Position numbers and translations under genes: made by a program. DNA of 64,000 nt from Octopus vulgaris (taxonomy: Eukaryota), in assembly GCA_951406725.2 (NCBI GenBank), contig OX597829.1, positions 4,340,001 to 4,404,000 of the forward strand. The letters run 5' to 3'. The notes under the pieces were generated by a model. The model was not told the origin of the DNA and made no database searches. It saw only the letters and a list, made by a program, of their open reading frames with translations. This document shows, piece by piece, positions 12,839-27,568 of the stretch (positions are counted from its first letter, which is position 1; each line of letters begins with the position of its first letter).

Positions 12839-13669
12839 ATCCAAACAAGAAAACACAAAAACACAACAACGCGAGGACGTGGAACAAATAAAGTATTATT
12901 GGACGCTCAGGAAACAAGGGAAGAAGGAGGGTTTAACGTTTCGAGCGGAGCTCTTCGTCGGAAACATAGGGGAGGGAAAGATCCCGAGAAGGGAAGACAG
13001 AGGAAAATCGCCAACGGTACACACGAGGTCACATTCTATATATATATATAGATATATTGCCGTATGGCCAATAAGCCATTTTTCAAGATGGCGAAATTAT
13101 CAGGTTATGTTGTCTTCTGTATTTGTTATTATAGCAAATTAGCAAATTGTCCTGGATTCCACCTTATTTAGCGCACCCCGCTTCAGCATATTATTGCTGT
13201 CACCTCTACCCGCTTAAATAACCTGTTTCTTTTCAAATTTGGGGTCGACTACCTTAAGGTTTTTCCCACGCTCCAATTCCACACATCACCCACACCCACC
13301 CACACACACACGCACACACACACACACATATATACATACAAATGCACACATATATATATGCATACATCTGTATATACATGTACATATATAAGTATATGTG
13401 TGTATATATATATGTATATATATATATATACATATATATGTGTGTGTGTGTATATATGTATATATACATATATATGTTTGTATGTATATATATATTTATA
13501 TATATATATATATATACATACATATATTGATGTATGGAGATATATATATATATATATACATATATATGTATGCATATATATATTTTTATAAATATGCTTA
13601 TACATACATATATATGTATATATATATATATTTATAAATATGTATATATACATAGATATATAGATGTAT

Positions 13670-13723
<54 letters not shown>

Positions 13724-14162
13724 TTACATGCATACATATATATGCAAGTTTATATATACATGTCTTTACATATATATATATATATATATATTCATACATA
13801 CATACATATATACATACATACTCATATATATAAATATACATATATATATACATACACACATATACATATTTACCCCACTGCAATCGAAAGCCGGTAACAC
13901 CCGCCACCAAATATATCCCTAACTTATCTAACAAAACCACCCGTATTACAACCGACAACAACCCTTACAAACGCTATTTACTTAGACATTATTCCCAACA
14001 AAGAGCTGTTTGGCCAACGCCATGATCTTTTTATTTACGGCTTTCCCGCCTTTCAGATATCAATGGCGGCTGCTGAAATCTGCGCTTGTGGCCCTGATTA
14101 TTTTTCCTTATTTCATTTTGAATTCGTTAGGTCCTTGTATTGTAAAGGAGAATGTATGTATG

Positions 14163-14193
<31 letters not shown>

Positions 14194-15150
14194 GTATGTA
14201 TGTATGTATATATATATATATATATAGGCGCAGGAGTGGCTGTGTGGTAAGTAGCTTGCTTCCCAACCACATGGTTCCGGGCTCAGTCCCAGTGCGTGAC
14301 ACCTTGGGCAAGTGTCTCTTACTATAGCCTTGGGTCGACCATTGCCTTGTGAGTGGATTTGGTAGACGGAAGCTGAAAGAAGCCCATCGTATATATGTAT
14401 ATATATATATATGCGCAGGAGTGGCTGTGTGGTAAGTAGCCTGCTTACCAACCACATGGTTCCGGGTTCAGTCCACTGCGTGGCACCTTGGGCCGACCAA
14501 TGCCTTGTGAGTATATATGGTAGACAGAAAGTGAAAGGAGCCCATCATATATAAGTATTTACTTAATTCGGTTATTTTGACTGCGGCCAGGCTGGAGCAC
14601 CACAAATCGACCCCAGAACTTATTCTTTGCAATCCTAGTACTTATTCTATCGGCCTCTTTGGCCGAAGCGCTAATTTACGGCGACATAAACACACCAGCA
14701 TCTGTTATCAAGCGATGTTGTGGGGACAAACACAGACACACAAACTCACACACACACATATATACATATATACGACGAGCTTCTTTCAGTTTCCGTCTAC
14801 CAATCCACTCAAAAGGGTTTGGTCGGTTCGAGGCTACAGTAGAAGACACTTGCCCAAGGTACGACGCATTGGGACTGAACTCGGAACCATGTGGTTGGTA
14901 AGCAAGCTCCTTCCTACACAGCCACTCCTGCGCCTACACACACACACACACATACACACACACACACACACATATACATATACGATATACGACGGGCTTC
15001 TTTCAGTTTCCGTCTACCAAGTATACCCACTAGGCTTTGGTCGGCCCGAGGCTATAGTAAACGACACCTAAGTGAGTTGTCATGCAGTGGGCCTGAACTC
15101 GGAACTATGTGGTTGGTAAGCAAGATACTTACCAGACAGCCACCCCTGCG

Positions 15151-15183
<33 letters not shown>

Positions 15184-15323
15184 GGGAGGCTTCTTTCAGT
15201 TTCCGTCTACCAAATCCACTCACAAGGCTTTGGTCGGCCCGTGGCTATAGAAGAAATCTCTAGCCCAAGGAGCCACGCAGTGGGACTGAACCTGGAACCA
15301 TGTGGTTCGTAAGCAAGCTACTT

Positions 15324-15600
15324 TATTTCACTATATTTGCCATAAAGGCAGTACATAGAGTAAAGTAGCTTTGCGTGTTGGACACGGACTTTAGTGAAAT
15401 GTAAGATAACGAAACGAGGATGATAAGGATGGGGGAAGACAAAAAGTGCCCGCCCTCTTCTGCTTTCCTTAAACATTGTCCCTCTTACAGTTTTTACAAT
15501 TTCTTCAATTTTTTGGACTTCGTAGTCCATTACTAATAATAACATAGTTCACAAAACTCAACCATCCTCCTCTCCGACCAGGCTGTATGCTACCCTAAGG
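15324..15600 (-). mobile_element. 3' end of a Tx1-like LINE joined to a SINE A head at AAGTAGCTTGCTTA
   Basis: The minus strand reads ...tgcctttatggcaaatatagtgaaata|aagtagcttgcttacgaaccacatgg. The terminal motif is shared with the 3' end at 33960. Confidence 0.6.
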
Positions 15601-16268
15601 CTCTGCTTGGATCCCGGTCAGAGCCACAGAATTCAAATCTGAACATGTCCATCGAGAAGGCGCCCATCACCCTGAACATAACGACATCCGATATGACCTT
15701 CGTAGTCACCTGCGAAGGCCAATCCTCGTTCTCTGTCCAGGGCATGGGCTCCTCTCTCTGCTTATCCGGCTTCTCTACGAAGTTCTGTATTGCCCCTCGC
15801 TTCTGGAAGAAGATGACAAAAACTTTAACATGAAATAACTTCTAAAAGACAAAATTTTATCAGAATCATTAAAGGAAAAAGACGTTTTATATGACACATT
15901 TTACCAGTGTCCGAAGATTGAAAGCGTTTAGTTAAAAAAAATTATTTTTAAAATCTGTCGGTCAAAAGGTAAAGATCCGATATTTATATAATTTTAAAAG
16001 TGCAACAGAGAGCTTACTAAACACTGAGCCCCGTGACACATCTAGCCCGTCACAGGGGCGCAGACATCCTTAAATACATTTCGACGCACCGATAGCTTAT
16101 CGCTTCACATTTCATATCAAAACTGGGATACAAAGAAATTAGGGGATCTAATTTTTATAAGAGTGCATTTCAGAAAAAAAACAAAAAACAAAAAAAACAT
16201 GGTTAATTATATAATTTATTAATTATGCATTTCACAGCATATATATCGGGTAATCTAAAATAAAGAGA

Positions 16269-16342
<74 letters not shown>

Positions 16343-16493
16343 TTATGTATATATATATATATGTGTGTATGTGTATATATATATATATATGTACATATAT
16401 ATATATATATATATTTTATATTTATATATATATATATATACATACAAATATATATGTATATATGTTATATTTATATAAATATATATACATATA

Positions 16494-16544
<51 letters not shown>

Positions 16545-16698
16545 TTTATGTGTATAGATGTATGTATATATATATATGTACATATCTATATATGTATATA
16601 TATATATGTGCTTTGATGTACGTATATATATACATATCTTTTTATATATATTTTTTTCCCTGCAAGTTTGGATTAATATTCCCCCAAATAATTATTAT

Positions 16699-16729
<31 letters not shown>

Positions 16730-16865
16730 GTAGATATGTGTATATATATATTTATATATATATATATATATACATACATCTATATATATATATTCATATA
16801 TATATATATATGTATGTATATAGATGAATGTGTGTGTGGGTGTGTTTATATATGTATATGTATAT

Positions 16866-16920
<55 letters not shown>

Positions 16921-16988
16921 GAAGTAATTAAGATTCAGCAGGATTAGAGACGTAAGTTGCAGCACTGGGTCAGTCTGGTAATGATAAT

Positions 16989-17065
<77 letters not shown>

Positions 17066-17814
17066 TGATAATAATATTAATAATAACAATAATACCACTT
17101 GAAACGGTCTTATTGCGTTACTATTTGAAATTCTGTGGCTTATTCTAATATGTGTCTGTGTGATAAGTAACTTGCTTACCAACCACTTGGTTCCGGGTTC
17201 AGTCCCACTGCGTGGCATCTTGGGCAAGTGTCTTCTACTATAGCCTCGGGTTGACCAAAGCCTTGTGAGTGGAATTGGTAGACGGAAACTAAAAGAAGCC
17301 CGTCATATATATGTATATATGTATATATGTATATATGTGTTTGTGTATGTATTTGTGTGTTTTTGTCCCCACCCCACCCAACGTCGCTTGAGAACCGATG
17401 CTAATGTGTTTACGTTCGCGTAATTTAGCGGTTCGGCATAAGAGACCGATAGAATATGTACTAGGCTTACAAAGAATAAGTCCTGGGGTCGATTTTCTCG
17501 ACCAGCATCGGATGTCAAGCGATGCTGGGGGGACAAACATATACACACACCTACATACATAAATATATATATGTGTGTGTGTATACGCATATATACAATG
17601 GACTCCTTCAGTTTCCGGCTACCAAATTCACTCACAAGGCTTTGGTCGGCCCGAGGCTATAGTAGAAGACACTTGCCCAAGGTGCCACGCAGTAGGACTG
17701 AACCCGTAACCATGTGGTTGGTAAGCAAGCTACTTACCACACAACCAATATATATACACACACACACACACACACATACACATATTTATATATATATATA
17801 TAAATATATGTATG

Positions 17815-17845
<31 letters not shown>

Positions 17846-17890
17846 TTGTGTGTGTATCGGCGTACGTACACTGTGTTCTCTTATATGTAA

Positions 17891-17950
<60 letters not shown>

Positions 17951-18379
17951 TATATACACACACACACACATATATATATATATGCTCCTTATGGCAAGTT
18001 TATATACAATGAATTTAGCTTCGAAAGCCCAGTGACGGCTTGATACATTAATTCTTAAATAAATATCAACCGATTTACCAATACACACTCTTATTTATCA
18101 ATATAATCTCTAAACAGTCTTTCAAAAACTTAATGACGACATCAAGACTTTAAAATCTACGTTAGATGTATATATAAATTCGTTTTTCTGTAGATAAATA
18201 GAGACGAAAATATTGTAAAAACTGGGTCAGAGATATCTTTGCTGATATAAAAGTTCGGGTCTGTGTCTCGTTAGTCCCTAAACAAATGGTTTCCTTTCAC
18301 TTCTTAATTCCTGTCGACCGGTAAAATATCTCGTCCTACAAATGAAGTACGGACACAGTTAATCCGCCATTTTCGTTTG

Positions 18380-18419
<40 letters not shown>

Positions 18420-18421
18420 GA

Positions 18422-18765
18422 GTAGCAGTATCGCCTGGCGTTGCTCGGGTTTGTTTCGTCCCTTTAGAATTGGAATTTTTGAAGAGTAAAAATTTTGCAT
18501 TATGTAGCTTGTTATTCTCTTTAAGTGAACATTTTTTCTGGTTGAAATACACCGAAAAATGGCGACACATCAGTCAAAAAAGCGTAAAAAAATCCTGGTG
18601 TTAACTTGGTCCGATTTGAATTTTTTTCTTCTACGGAAGGAAGAGCAAGCCTTCTTCTATCATACTCTCAATTTTGGTCAATTTGCGGCGCAGGGTCTCG
18701 GAGGAGATAATATTAGTTGAAGGCTACCAAACCTGCCATACACAGACAACTTCAGCTTCATATAT
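18422..18765 (-). mobile_element. Helitron-like element copy
   Basis: Same family as 9571, with a CTAC terminus. Confidence 0.65.
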
Positions 18766-19073
18766 ATAAAGTTAATCCAAACATGAAAACACAACAACGC
18801 GAGGACATGGATCAAGTATAGTGTTACTGGACGCTTAGGAAAGGAAAGAAAGAAGGGGGATTTAACGTTTCGCGCGGAGCTCTTCGTCAGGAACGTAGCA
18901 AAAGGAAAGTACCAAGGAAGGGAAGACGGAGGAAGAAAATCGCCAACGACACACACACACATATATATAAGTGCGTGCGTGTGTGTCTTTGTGTAGATAG
19001 ATGAATACATAGATAGATTGAGAGAGTGACAGATAGATAGATAGTTAGATAGATAGTTAGAAAGATAGATGGG

Positions 19074-19153
<80 letters not shown>

Positions 19154-19462
19154 AAGATAGATGGGTAGATAGATTGATAGATAGATAGTTAGATAGATAG
19201 ATTGATAGATAGATAGATAGAAAGATAGATGGGTAGATAGATAGATGGGTAGATAGATAGATAGGTGGAGAATTTACAAAAAATAAAACAAAAGACGAAG
19301 ACAGGTGGTATACAAAACAAGCAGATGTATTAGTATAACGCTCGGGAATTGAAAAAGTCATTAACGTTTCGAGCCTATGCTCTTATACAGAAAGGAAGAG
19401 AGAAAGAAACAAGGAAAGAAGCAAGGAGAGAAAAAATCTGTGTAGTGGCTTGCGATCTATCA

Positions 19463-19810
19463 TTGGATGACATAAAAAGATACCTTGTTGAATTCTTTGC
19501 AATGAAACCACCTCAATTCTGGGAAGAGGGTATTTTCAAGTTAAAGGAAAGATGGAGACGCATTGTGCAACAAAATGATTCATATTTGGTTAATTAAAAA
19601 TGTAATGGCAAGTATTTATTGACCTTGATGAATTCTTTGCCATGAAACCACCTCAATTCTGGGAAGAGGGTATTTTCAAGTTAAAGGAAAGATGGAGACG
19701 CATTGTGCAATAAAATGGTTCATATTTGGTTGATTAAAAATATAATGGCAAGTATTTATTGACCATTTTCTTTCCTTCAAAAATCGGCACGAACTTTCCG
19801 GACAACCCAA
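19463..19810 (+). mobile_element. Mariner 3' fragment with right TIR
   Basis: Encodes LDDIKRYLVEFFAMKPPQFWEEGIFKLKERWRRIVQQNDSY and ends cggacaacccaa+TA. Matches 4410-4757. Confidence 0.85.
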
Positions 19811-20236
19811 TACAAACAAGAATATAACCACAGGTGTCTTTCGAATGAGGGCGAATTGAAATTGAGTTGGCGTGTACGGTGTTTTGCATTTCGGTTTCTC
19901 ACCTAAATGTACCTGACATCGCTTAGGATCAGTTGACCAACTTCCGGCTGGTGATACCGAGCATCACGTGATCACTTTCCGGTTACATGACCCCATGTGT
20001 CATCCGGTTAATTCAATACGAATACACAACTGCGAGTTTAGTTTCGAATTTCAAGCAGCCATTGTTGCGTTAAGAGTCGAACAATTTCGCTAGTTGAAAA
20101 TTTCACGAAATTGGGTTAATTCACAAGCAAAAATAAAGAAAATAATTAAGGTTTATAAGTAAATACAAGCGCAGAAGTGACTGTGGGTATGTAACTCGCT
20201 TACCAACCGCATGGTTCCAGTGTGGTACCTTTGGCA

Positions 20237-20284
<48 letters not shown>

Positions 20285-20292
20285 GTGTATAA

Positions 20293-20962
20293 ATCCATTC
20301 TGTCTGTCTGTTTGTGTGTCTTCTAGGATCCTGGGTATCCTCCATCCGATTGCGCTCAAATTTGATATGTAGATACCGACGGTATCAGGGCGTGTATAAT
20401 GCTTGAGAAAATTACAAAAATTGATTGCAGGTGAGAATACGATCGATAAAGCCGTGGGCGTGCATTTGTACGCGCAAGTACATCAGCTGTTGCGATCACT
20501 ACTACGCGTACGCGAGAAAAATGCACGTGCAGTTTGCGCAATAAAAGCCAGCTGGCTTGAAATAATGCCACAAAATGCAGTATATTCAAGAGACCAAAAA
20601 CGTAAGATGCAAAAGAGATATTGAAGAAAGGAAAGACTATTTGGTTTCTCAAGAAGTTGTTTTACTTGGTTTAACAAAACCAAATATTTTATTGAAATAT
20701 AGGCGTGCTTAATTATTGTTTAATGAAAAGAAAACACTGATTACTTTTTATTCAGCAAATATGATTCAGCACCGTCCATTGGACGGGGGCGTTTTGCTCG
20801 TATATATATATATATATATATATATATGTAGAGCTGATGTACTTGCGCGTACAAATGCACGTTCCCACGGCTTTATCGATCGCATTCTCACCTGGAATCG
20901 ATTTTTGTAATTTTTTCGAAACTTATACACGCCCAGATACCGTTGGTATCTACATATCAAAT
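20293..20962 (+). mobile_element. Second Helitron-like repeat (20293-20800) followed by an inverted partial copy (20831-20962)
   Basis: Has a ctgtctgtctg 5' region and a 3' hairpin ccgtccattggacgg followed by ...gctcgt. 20831-20962 is the reverse complement of ~20359-20489. Confidence 0.5.
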
Positions 20963-21169
20963 GATAGATCGTTAGCCACTACACCCATTTTTTCTTCTCT
21001 CCTTGTTTTTTTCTGTGTCCCTTTCTGTAGAAGAGCATAGGCTCGAAACGTAAAAGACTTTTTCTATTCCTGAGCGTTATACTAATAAATATGTTTGTTT
21101 TGTACACTACCTGTGTTCATCTTTTGTTTTTTTTTGTGAACTTTCCCTATATATATATGTATATATATG

Positions 21170-21504
21170 GTGACCCCCTTCGGTCAGACACTGACCATGG
21201 GTTTGCACCTAGAGAGTTACCCTCTTAGGCACAAGTCTGGGCAAGGTTGTTTTATGGAAGACCAGCAGTCGCCCATGCATACCGGCCTCCCCTCTCCACG
21301 CACCGATGTTGTCCAAGGGAAAGGCAAGGGCCGATACAGCTTGGCACCTATGACGTCGCAACTCATTTCTACAGCTGAGTGAACTGGAGCAACGTGAAAT
21401 AAAGTGTCTTGCTCAAGAACACAACATGCAGCCCGGTCCGGGATTCGAGCTCACAACCTCACGATCATAAGCTCGACGCTCTAACCACTGAGCCACGCGC
21501 CTTC
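21170..21504 (-). mobile_element. SINE family C: tRNA head + CORE-like domain + RTE-derived body and tail
   Basis: The minus strand reads gaaggcgcgtggctcagtggttagagcg (A box)...gctcgaatcccgg (B box)...gtgttcttgagcaagacactt (CORE-like). Its 3' half resembles the 5'UTR of the RTE at ~60010-60125. Confidence 0.8.
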
Positions 21505-21510
21505 ATGCGC

Positions 21511-21560
<50 letters not shown>

Positions 21561-21868
21561 TTGTATATATGTATGTATGTATGCATGTATGTATGTATGT
21601 ATGTATGTATGTATACAGGCACAGGAGTGTATCTATGTTCATAGAAGGGAACGGACAGGTACACACAAACATGCTAAGGTGGTAACAGAAAAACAGGCCT
21701 TCCTCTACCCGCCAAGGGAAGGAGGCGGCACAATCTCAATGATGGACTCAGCCGATGGCTGTACTCTTCAGGAACAAAGCTACTTACCACACAGCCAGTT
21801 TTGCGGCTGTGTATGTATGTATTCAAAGTTTTGCAGTAGCTATAAAACGAACAAACACTGCAAATCTC

Positions 21869-22240
21869 TCTATATAAAGCTGAAGTTGCCTGTTTTTGGC
21901 AGGTTTGGTAGCCTTCAGCTAACACTATCTCCTACGAGATAGTTGACCGAAATTGAGAATACGATAGAAGAAGGCTTGCTCTTCCTTCCGTAGAAGAAAA
22001 AATTCAAATCGGACCATGTTAACACCAAAAATTATTTACATCAAAAAGGTGTTTTTTTTCTATGAAAATCCCTATTTTTACGATGTTTTGACTGCTGTGT
22101 CGCCATTTTTTGTTGTATTTCAACCAGAAAAATGTTCACTTAAAGAGAATAACAAGCTACATAAATGCAAAATTTTAACTTTTCAAAAATTCCAATTCTA
22201 AAGGGTCGATATAAACCCGAGCAACGCCGGGCGATACTGC

Positions 22241-22243
<3 letters not shown>
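21869..22243 (+). mobile_element. Helitron-like element copy
   Basis: Starts TCtatataaagctgaagttg and ends cccgagcaacgccgggcgatactgCTAC. Confidence 0.7.
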
Positions 22244-22302
<59 letters not shown>

Positions 22303-22369
22303 CAATAAATAAATATACGTACATTATCTTATAAGAATATATATATATATACATATATACATATATACA

Positions 22370-22762
22370 AGAGTGGCTGTGTGGTAAGTAGCTTGCTAAC
22401 CAACCACATGGTTCCAGGTTCAGTCCCACTGCGTGGCATCTTGGGCAAGTGTCTTCTACTATAGCCCCGGGCCGACCAATGCCTTGTGGGTGGATTTGGT
22501 AGACGGAAACTGAAAGAAGCCTGTCGTATATATGTATATATATATATAAGTGTGTGTGTATATGTTTGTGTGTCTGTGTTTGTCCCCCTAGCATTGCTGG
22601 TGTGTTTACGTCCCCGTCACTTAGCGGTTCGGCAAAAGAGACCGATAGAATAAGTACTGGGCTTAACAAAGAATAAGTCCCGGGGCCGATTTGCTCGACT
22701 AAAGGCGGTGCTCCAGCATGGCCGCAGTCAAATGACTGAAACAAGTAAAAGAGAGTAAAAGA

Positions 22763-22764
<2 letters not shown>
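22370..22764 (+). mobile_element. SINE family A, near full length
   Basis: gagtggctgtgtggtaagtagc...aaacaagtaaaagagagtaaaagag. Confidence 0.9.
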
Positions 22765-22802
<38 letters not shown>

Positions 22803-22928
22803 CGTAAATTTTCAATAGAAAATCGAACAAAATCCAACAATATATCTTAAAATAAAAACACGAAATATCTTATAAAATATATTCTGTTAACTAAATCTTT
22901 AAACTAAATACGTTGGACTTATTGTTTA

Positions 22929-23347
22929 CTAGCAGTATCGCCCGGCGTTGCTCGGGTTTGTTTCGACACTTTAGTATTCGAATTTTTAAAAAGTAAAAAT
23001 TTTGCATTATGTAGCTTGTTATTTTCTTTAAGTGAACATTTTTCTGGTTGAAATACACCAAAAAATGGCGACACATCAGTCAAAACATCGTAAAAAATAG
23101 GGATTTTCATTGGAAAAAAAAAGCACTTTTTTGATGTGAATAATTTTTGGTGTTAACATGGTCCGATTTGAACTTTTTTTTCTACGGAAGGAAGAGCAAT
23201 CCTACTTCTATCATGCTTTCAAGTTTGGTCAACTTGCGCCGCAGGGTCTCGGAGGAGGTAGTGTTAGCTGAAGGCTACCAAACCTGCCAAACATTCCAAT
23301 TCTAAAGGGTCGAAACAAACCCGAACAACGCCGGGCGATACTGCTAG
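22929..23347 (-). mobile_element. Helitron-like copy capped by an inverted second 3' end
   Basis: A minus-strand copy spans 22929-23292. 23294-23347 is a plus-strand 3' terminus with hairpin and CTAG. Confidence 0.65.
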
Positions 23348-23739
23348 TAATAAATAAAAACGGAGAACGAAAGGGAAAAAATGTCTAGATCTTAAAATCT
23401 AGGAAAGAAAAGGGTTTTATCTTTCACCTCTTGACCTTGGTTGTAAAGATTGTCGGCTTTTTCTGAAGAAATTTATCCACTCGTGAGCAAGTGGGCCACA
23501 AAGGTGCTATGGTTTGCGGGTGAGTTATTTAGCTACTGAATTGTGCTATTAAACGAGCATCGCTTAGCGTTTGGTACATTTGTTGGTGTTCGTTCGACCG
23601 TGACGAGAGAGGATTGACGCTTTTAATAAACTTGCGAACACGCTTGTTATTCATACACACACACATCAGTTGTCAGGCGATGTTGGGGGAAGACACGCAA
23701 GCACACACACACACATACATGCATACATACATACATACT

Positions 23740-23840
<101 letters not shown>

Positions 23841-23996
23841 GACGGGCTTCTTTCAGTTTCCGTCTACCACATCCACTCACAAGACTTTGGTCGGCCCGAA
23901 GCTATAGTAGAAGAAACTTACCCAAGGTGCGACGCAGCGGGACTGAACCAGAACCGTGTAGTTCGTAAGCAAGCTACTTACCACGGAGCGAGTCCA

Positions 23997-24064
<68 letters not shown>

Positions 24065-24240
24065 CTAGATAGACAGACAGACAGATAGATAGATAGGTAG
24101 ATAAACAGACAGATACATGCATACATACATACATATATACATAGATACATACATACATACATGCATACATACATACATACATAGACGGCTAGACAGACAG
24201 ACAGATTGATTGATTGATAGATAGATAGATAGATAGATAT

Positions 24241-24297
<57 letters not shown>

Positions 24298-25373
24298 CAG
24301 TGAAACAGATAGGGGAGAGACAAACAGATGAAGATGTGGGGTGTAGAATGCCACAGAAGGAGCCTGGCAGACTCCGGATGAAAATCAGATTCAGGGATGG
24401 TCATTAAGTGACCGTCGCTGTTGATGTTATCTTAAGGCCACTTTTTATCGGGATGACCCGAGGTCAAATAGCCTTTTTCATACAGCTGTGACCACCCCCA
24501 ACGAGTCTATAAAAGGAAATGCAATCCCATGGGTAAAAGGATTTTGTTGCTATCAAAATTTAGAACACCGACGCGTACATATCTGCACATACATACATAC
24601 ATACATACATATATACATACACATACACATACACATACACATACATACATTCATACATACACATATACATACATACAAGCATACATACATACACACATAC
24701 ATACACATATACATATATACATAGATACACATATACATACATACACATAAACAAATATACATACATATAAACATACATACATATATTCACATATACATAC
24801 ATACACATATATATACATACATACACATATACATACATACAAACATATATAAATACATACAGACGCATATACATACATGCAAACATACATACATACAAGC
24901 ATACATACATGCACACACATATATACATACATACATACATACGTACATACATATATACATACATAATACATACATATATAAATACATACATGCATACATG
25001 CATACATACATACATACATATATACATATATACATACACACACGCATACATACATACATACATACATACATACATACATACATACATACATACATACATA
25101 CATACAGGCATATGAGTGGCAGTGTGGTAAGTAGCTTCTTTACCAATCACATGGTTCCAGGTTCATTCCCACTGCGTGGCACCTTGGGCAAGTGTCTTCT
25201 ACTATAGCCTCGAGTTGACCAAAGCCCGTCGTGTATATATATATATTTGAAAACCCCACTAGAATGGGAGAAAGCGCTAATGATCTAAGTAATATGATAT
25301 ATATATAAAAAATGTAATATACAAATAAATATCTGTAAATATAAACCATCCGATTTTCTGAGTACCTCATTTC

Positions 25374-25447
<74 letters not shown>

Positions 25448-26151
25448 ATTAACATCTAATGTAGGATAAAATTTTTCGAAAAAAATTCTATGAATGGCCA
25501 GCATATTAAAAAGTACCTTTAAAGGTTAAATTTATAAACAACTTATAAGTAAGGGCAAAAGAAAAAATTTCTAATATAAAAATATGCCGAAAATAGACAC
25601 AACGTCAATAACCATGTAATTTATCACTACAAGCACGGGTTTGGAAGAAAGCCGACGGAAATTTATAAAAAATCCCATTATTACAATGTCGGACTCGATT
25701 TCAGAGTTAGTTCATAAGAACCTTCCCTTCATCAGTGATAAATGTGGCAAAGAAATAAGTGAAATACTTACTTATACCCACGGAAGAAGTGAAAACTAAG
25801 TCATGAATAAAGATGGTGCTCCAGCATGGCCGCAGTCAAATGAAACAAGTAAAAGTGTAAAAAAGACAGAGTATACATACATACACACACGCCTACACAC
25901 ATACACAGACATGAGCATACATACGCATACACACATACATAATGGATACATACATACATAATACATACACCCACTTACATACACACACACAGACGCACAA
26001 ACATATACACACACACACATCCATATATGTATACATATATATATAAATATATGTATACATATATATATATATATATATATATGTAGGTCCCGGGTTGATT
26101 CGGGGTTAACCACAGTAAATAAGGTACTCAATACATAGCAGAGTAAAATTA

Positions 26152-26272
26152 ATTTATTATATAGAAGGAGCTTCTACAGGACTAGAACTGTTTCATTCAA
26201 GAGAAATCTTCAGGAACTGAAGATTTCTCTTGAATGAAACAGTTCTGGTCCTGTAGAAGCTCCTTCTATATA

Positions 26273-26278
<6 letters not shown>
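26152..26278. repeat. Near-perfect palindrome (62 bp arms, 3 nt loop) with a CTGAAGA...GAAAC hammerhead-like core in each arm
   Basis: atttattatatagaaggagcttctacagg...tcttcag GAA ctgaaga...cctgtagaagctccttctatataataaat, with one mismatch. Confidence 0.9.
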
Positions 26279-26339
<61 letters not shown>

Positions 26340-26497
26340 TATACAACGGGCATCTTTCTGTTTCCGACTACCAAATAAACTCACACGGCTTTGGTCGGCC
26401 CGAGGTTATAGTAGAAGATACCTGTCCAAGGTGCCACGCAGTGGGACTGAATCCGGAACCATATGGTTGGTAAGCAAGCTACTTACCACACAGCCAA

Positions 26498-26560
<63 letters not shown>

Positions 26561-27243
26561 CATACATACATACATACATACATACATACATACATACATA
26601 CATACATACATACATGCATACATACATATATTGTCACACAGATAGACAAAGAAGGATATATATATATATATAAAGAGAATGTTAACAGACACACAATAAT
26701 TACATATTAATTAAACATTTAATTAATCAGATGTTTAAATAACGAATCCACAGTTTATCCTTTCATCCTGTTTGCTCTTCAGCAGATATGCTCCAGGTTG
26801 GCCACACTTAAATTACGGAAATGAACAAAGGAGCGAAAGATTTAGAGAATTTAATCCCATGGGTTCACACGGATGTTTGTGCGTGTCACCCACAATCTCT
26901 ATCTTGTTTCAGTCTTGTCGAATCGCTAGCTAACGGAGACGAAAACACACCAGCATCGGTTGTGAAGCAATGGTGGTGGTGGTGGGAGGGACAAACACAG
27001 ACACAAACATATATACACACATACATATATACACGCATACATATATACACACATACATATATACACATATATAAGACGAGCTTCTTTCAGTTTCCGGCTA
27101 CCAAATCCACTCACAAGGCCCGAGGCCATAGTAGAAGACACTTGCCGAAGGTGCCACGCAGTGGAACTGAACCCGGAACCATGTGGTTGGTAAGCAAGCT
27201 ACCTACCACACAGCCACTCCTGTGCCTCTGTCTCTCTCTCTAC

Positions 27244-27329
<86 letters not shown>

Positions 27330-27490
27330 GATGTGCGTTTTTCAGTTTCCATCTACCAAATCCACTCACAAGGCTTTGGTCGGCCCGAGGCTATAGTAGA
27401 AGACACTTGCTGAAGGTGCCACGCAGTGGGACTGAACCCGGAACCATGCGGTTGGTAAGCAAGCTACTTACCACACAGCCACTCCTACGC

Positions 27491-27568
<78 letters not shown>

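Noticed and set aside
15645-15833. Short ORF (…FVVTCEGQ…) as a host exon or LINE ORF1 piece
   Set aside because: It shows only a faint resemblance to the region before an ORF1 zinc knuckle, which is too weak to call.
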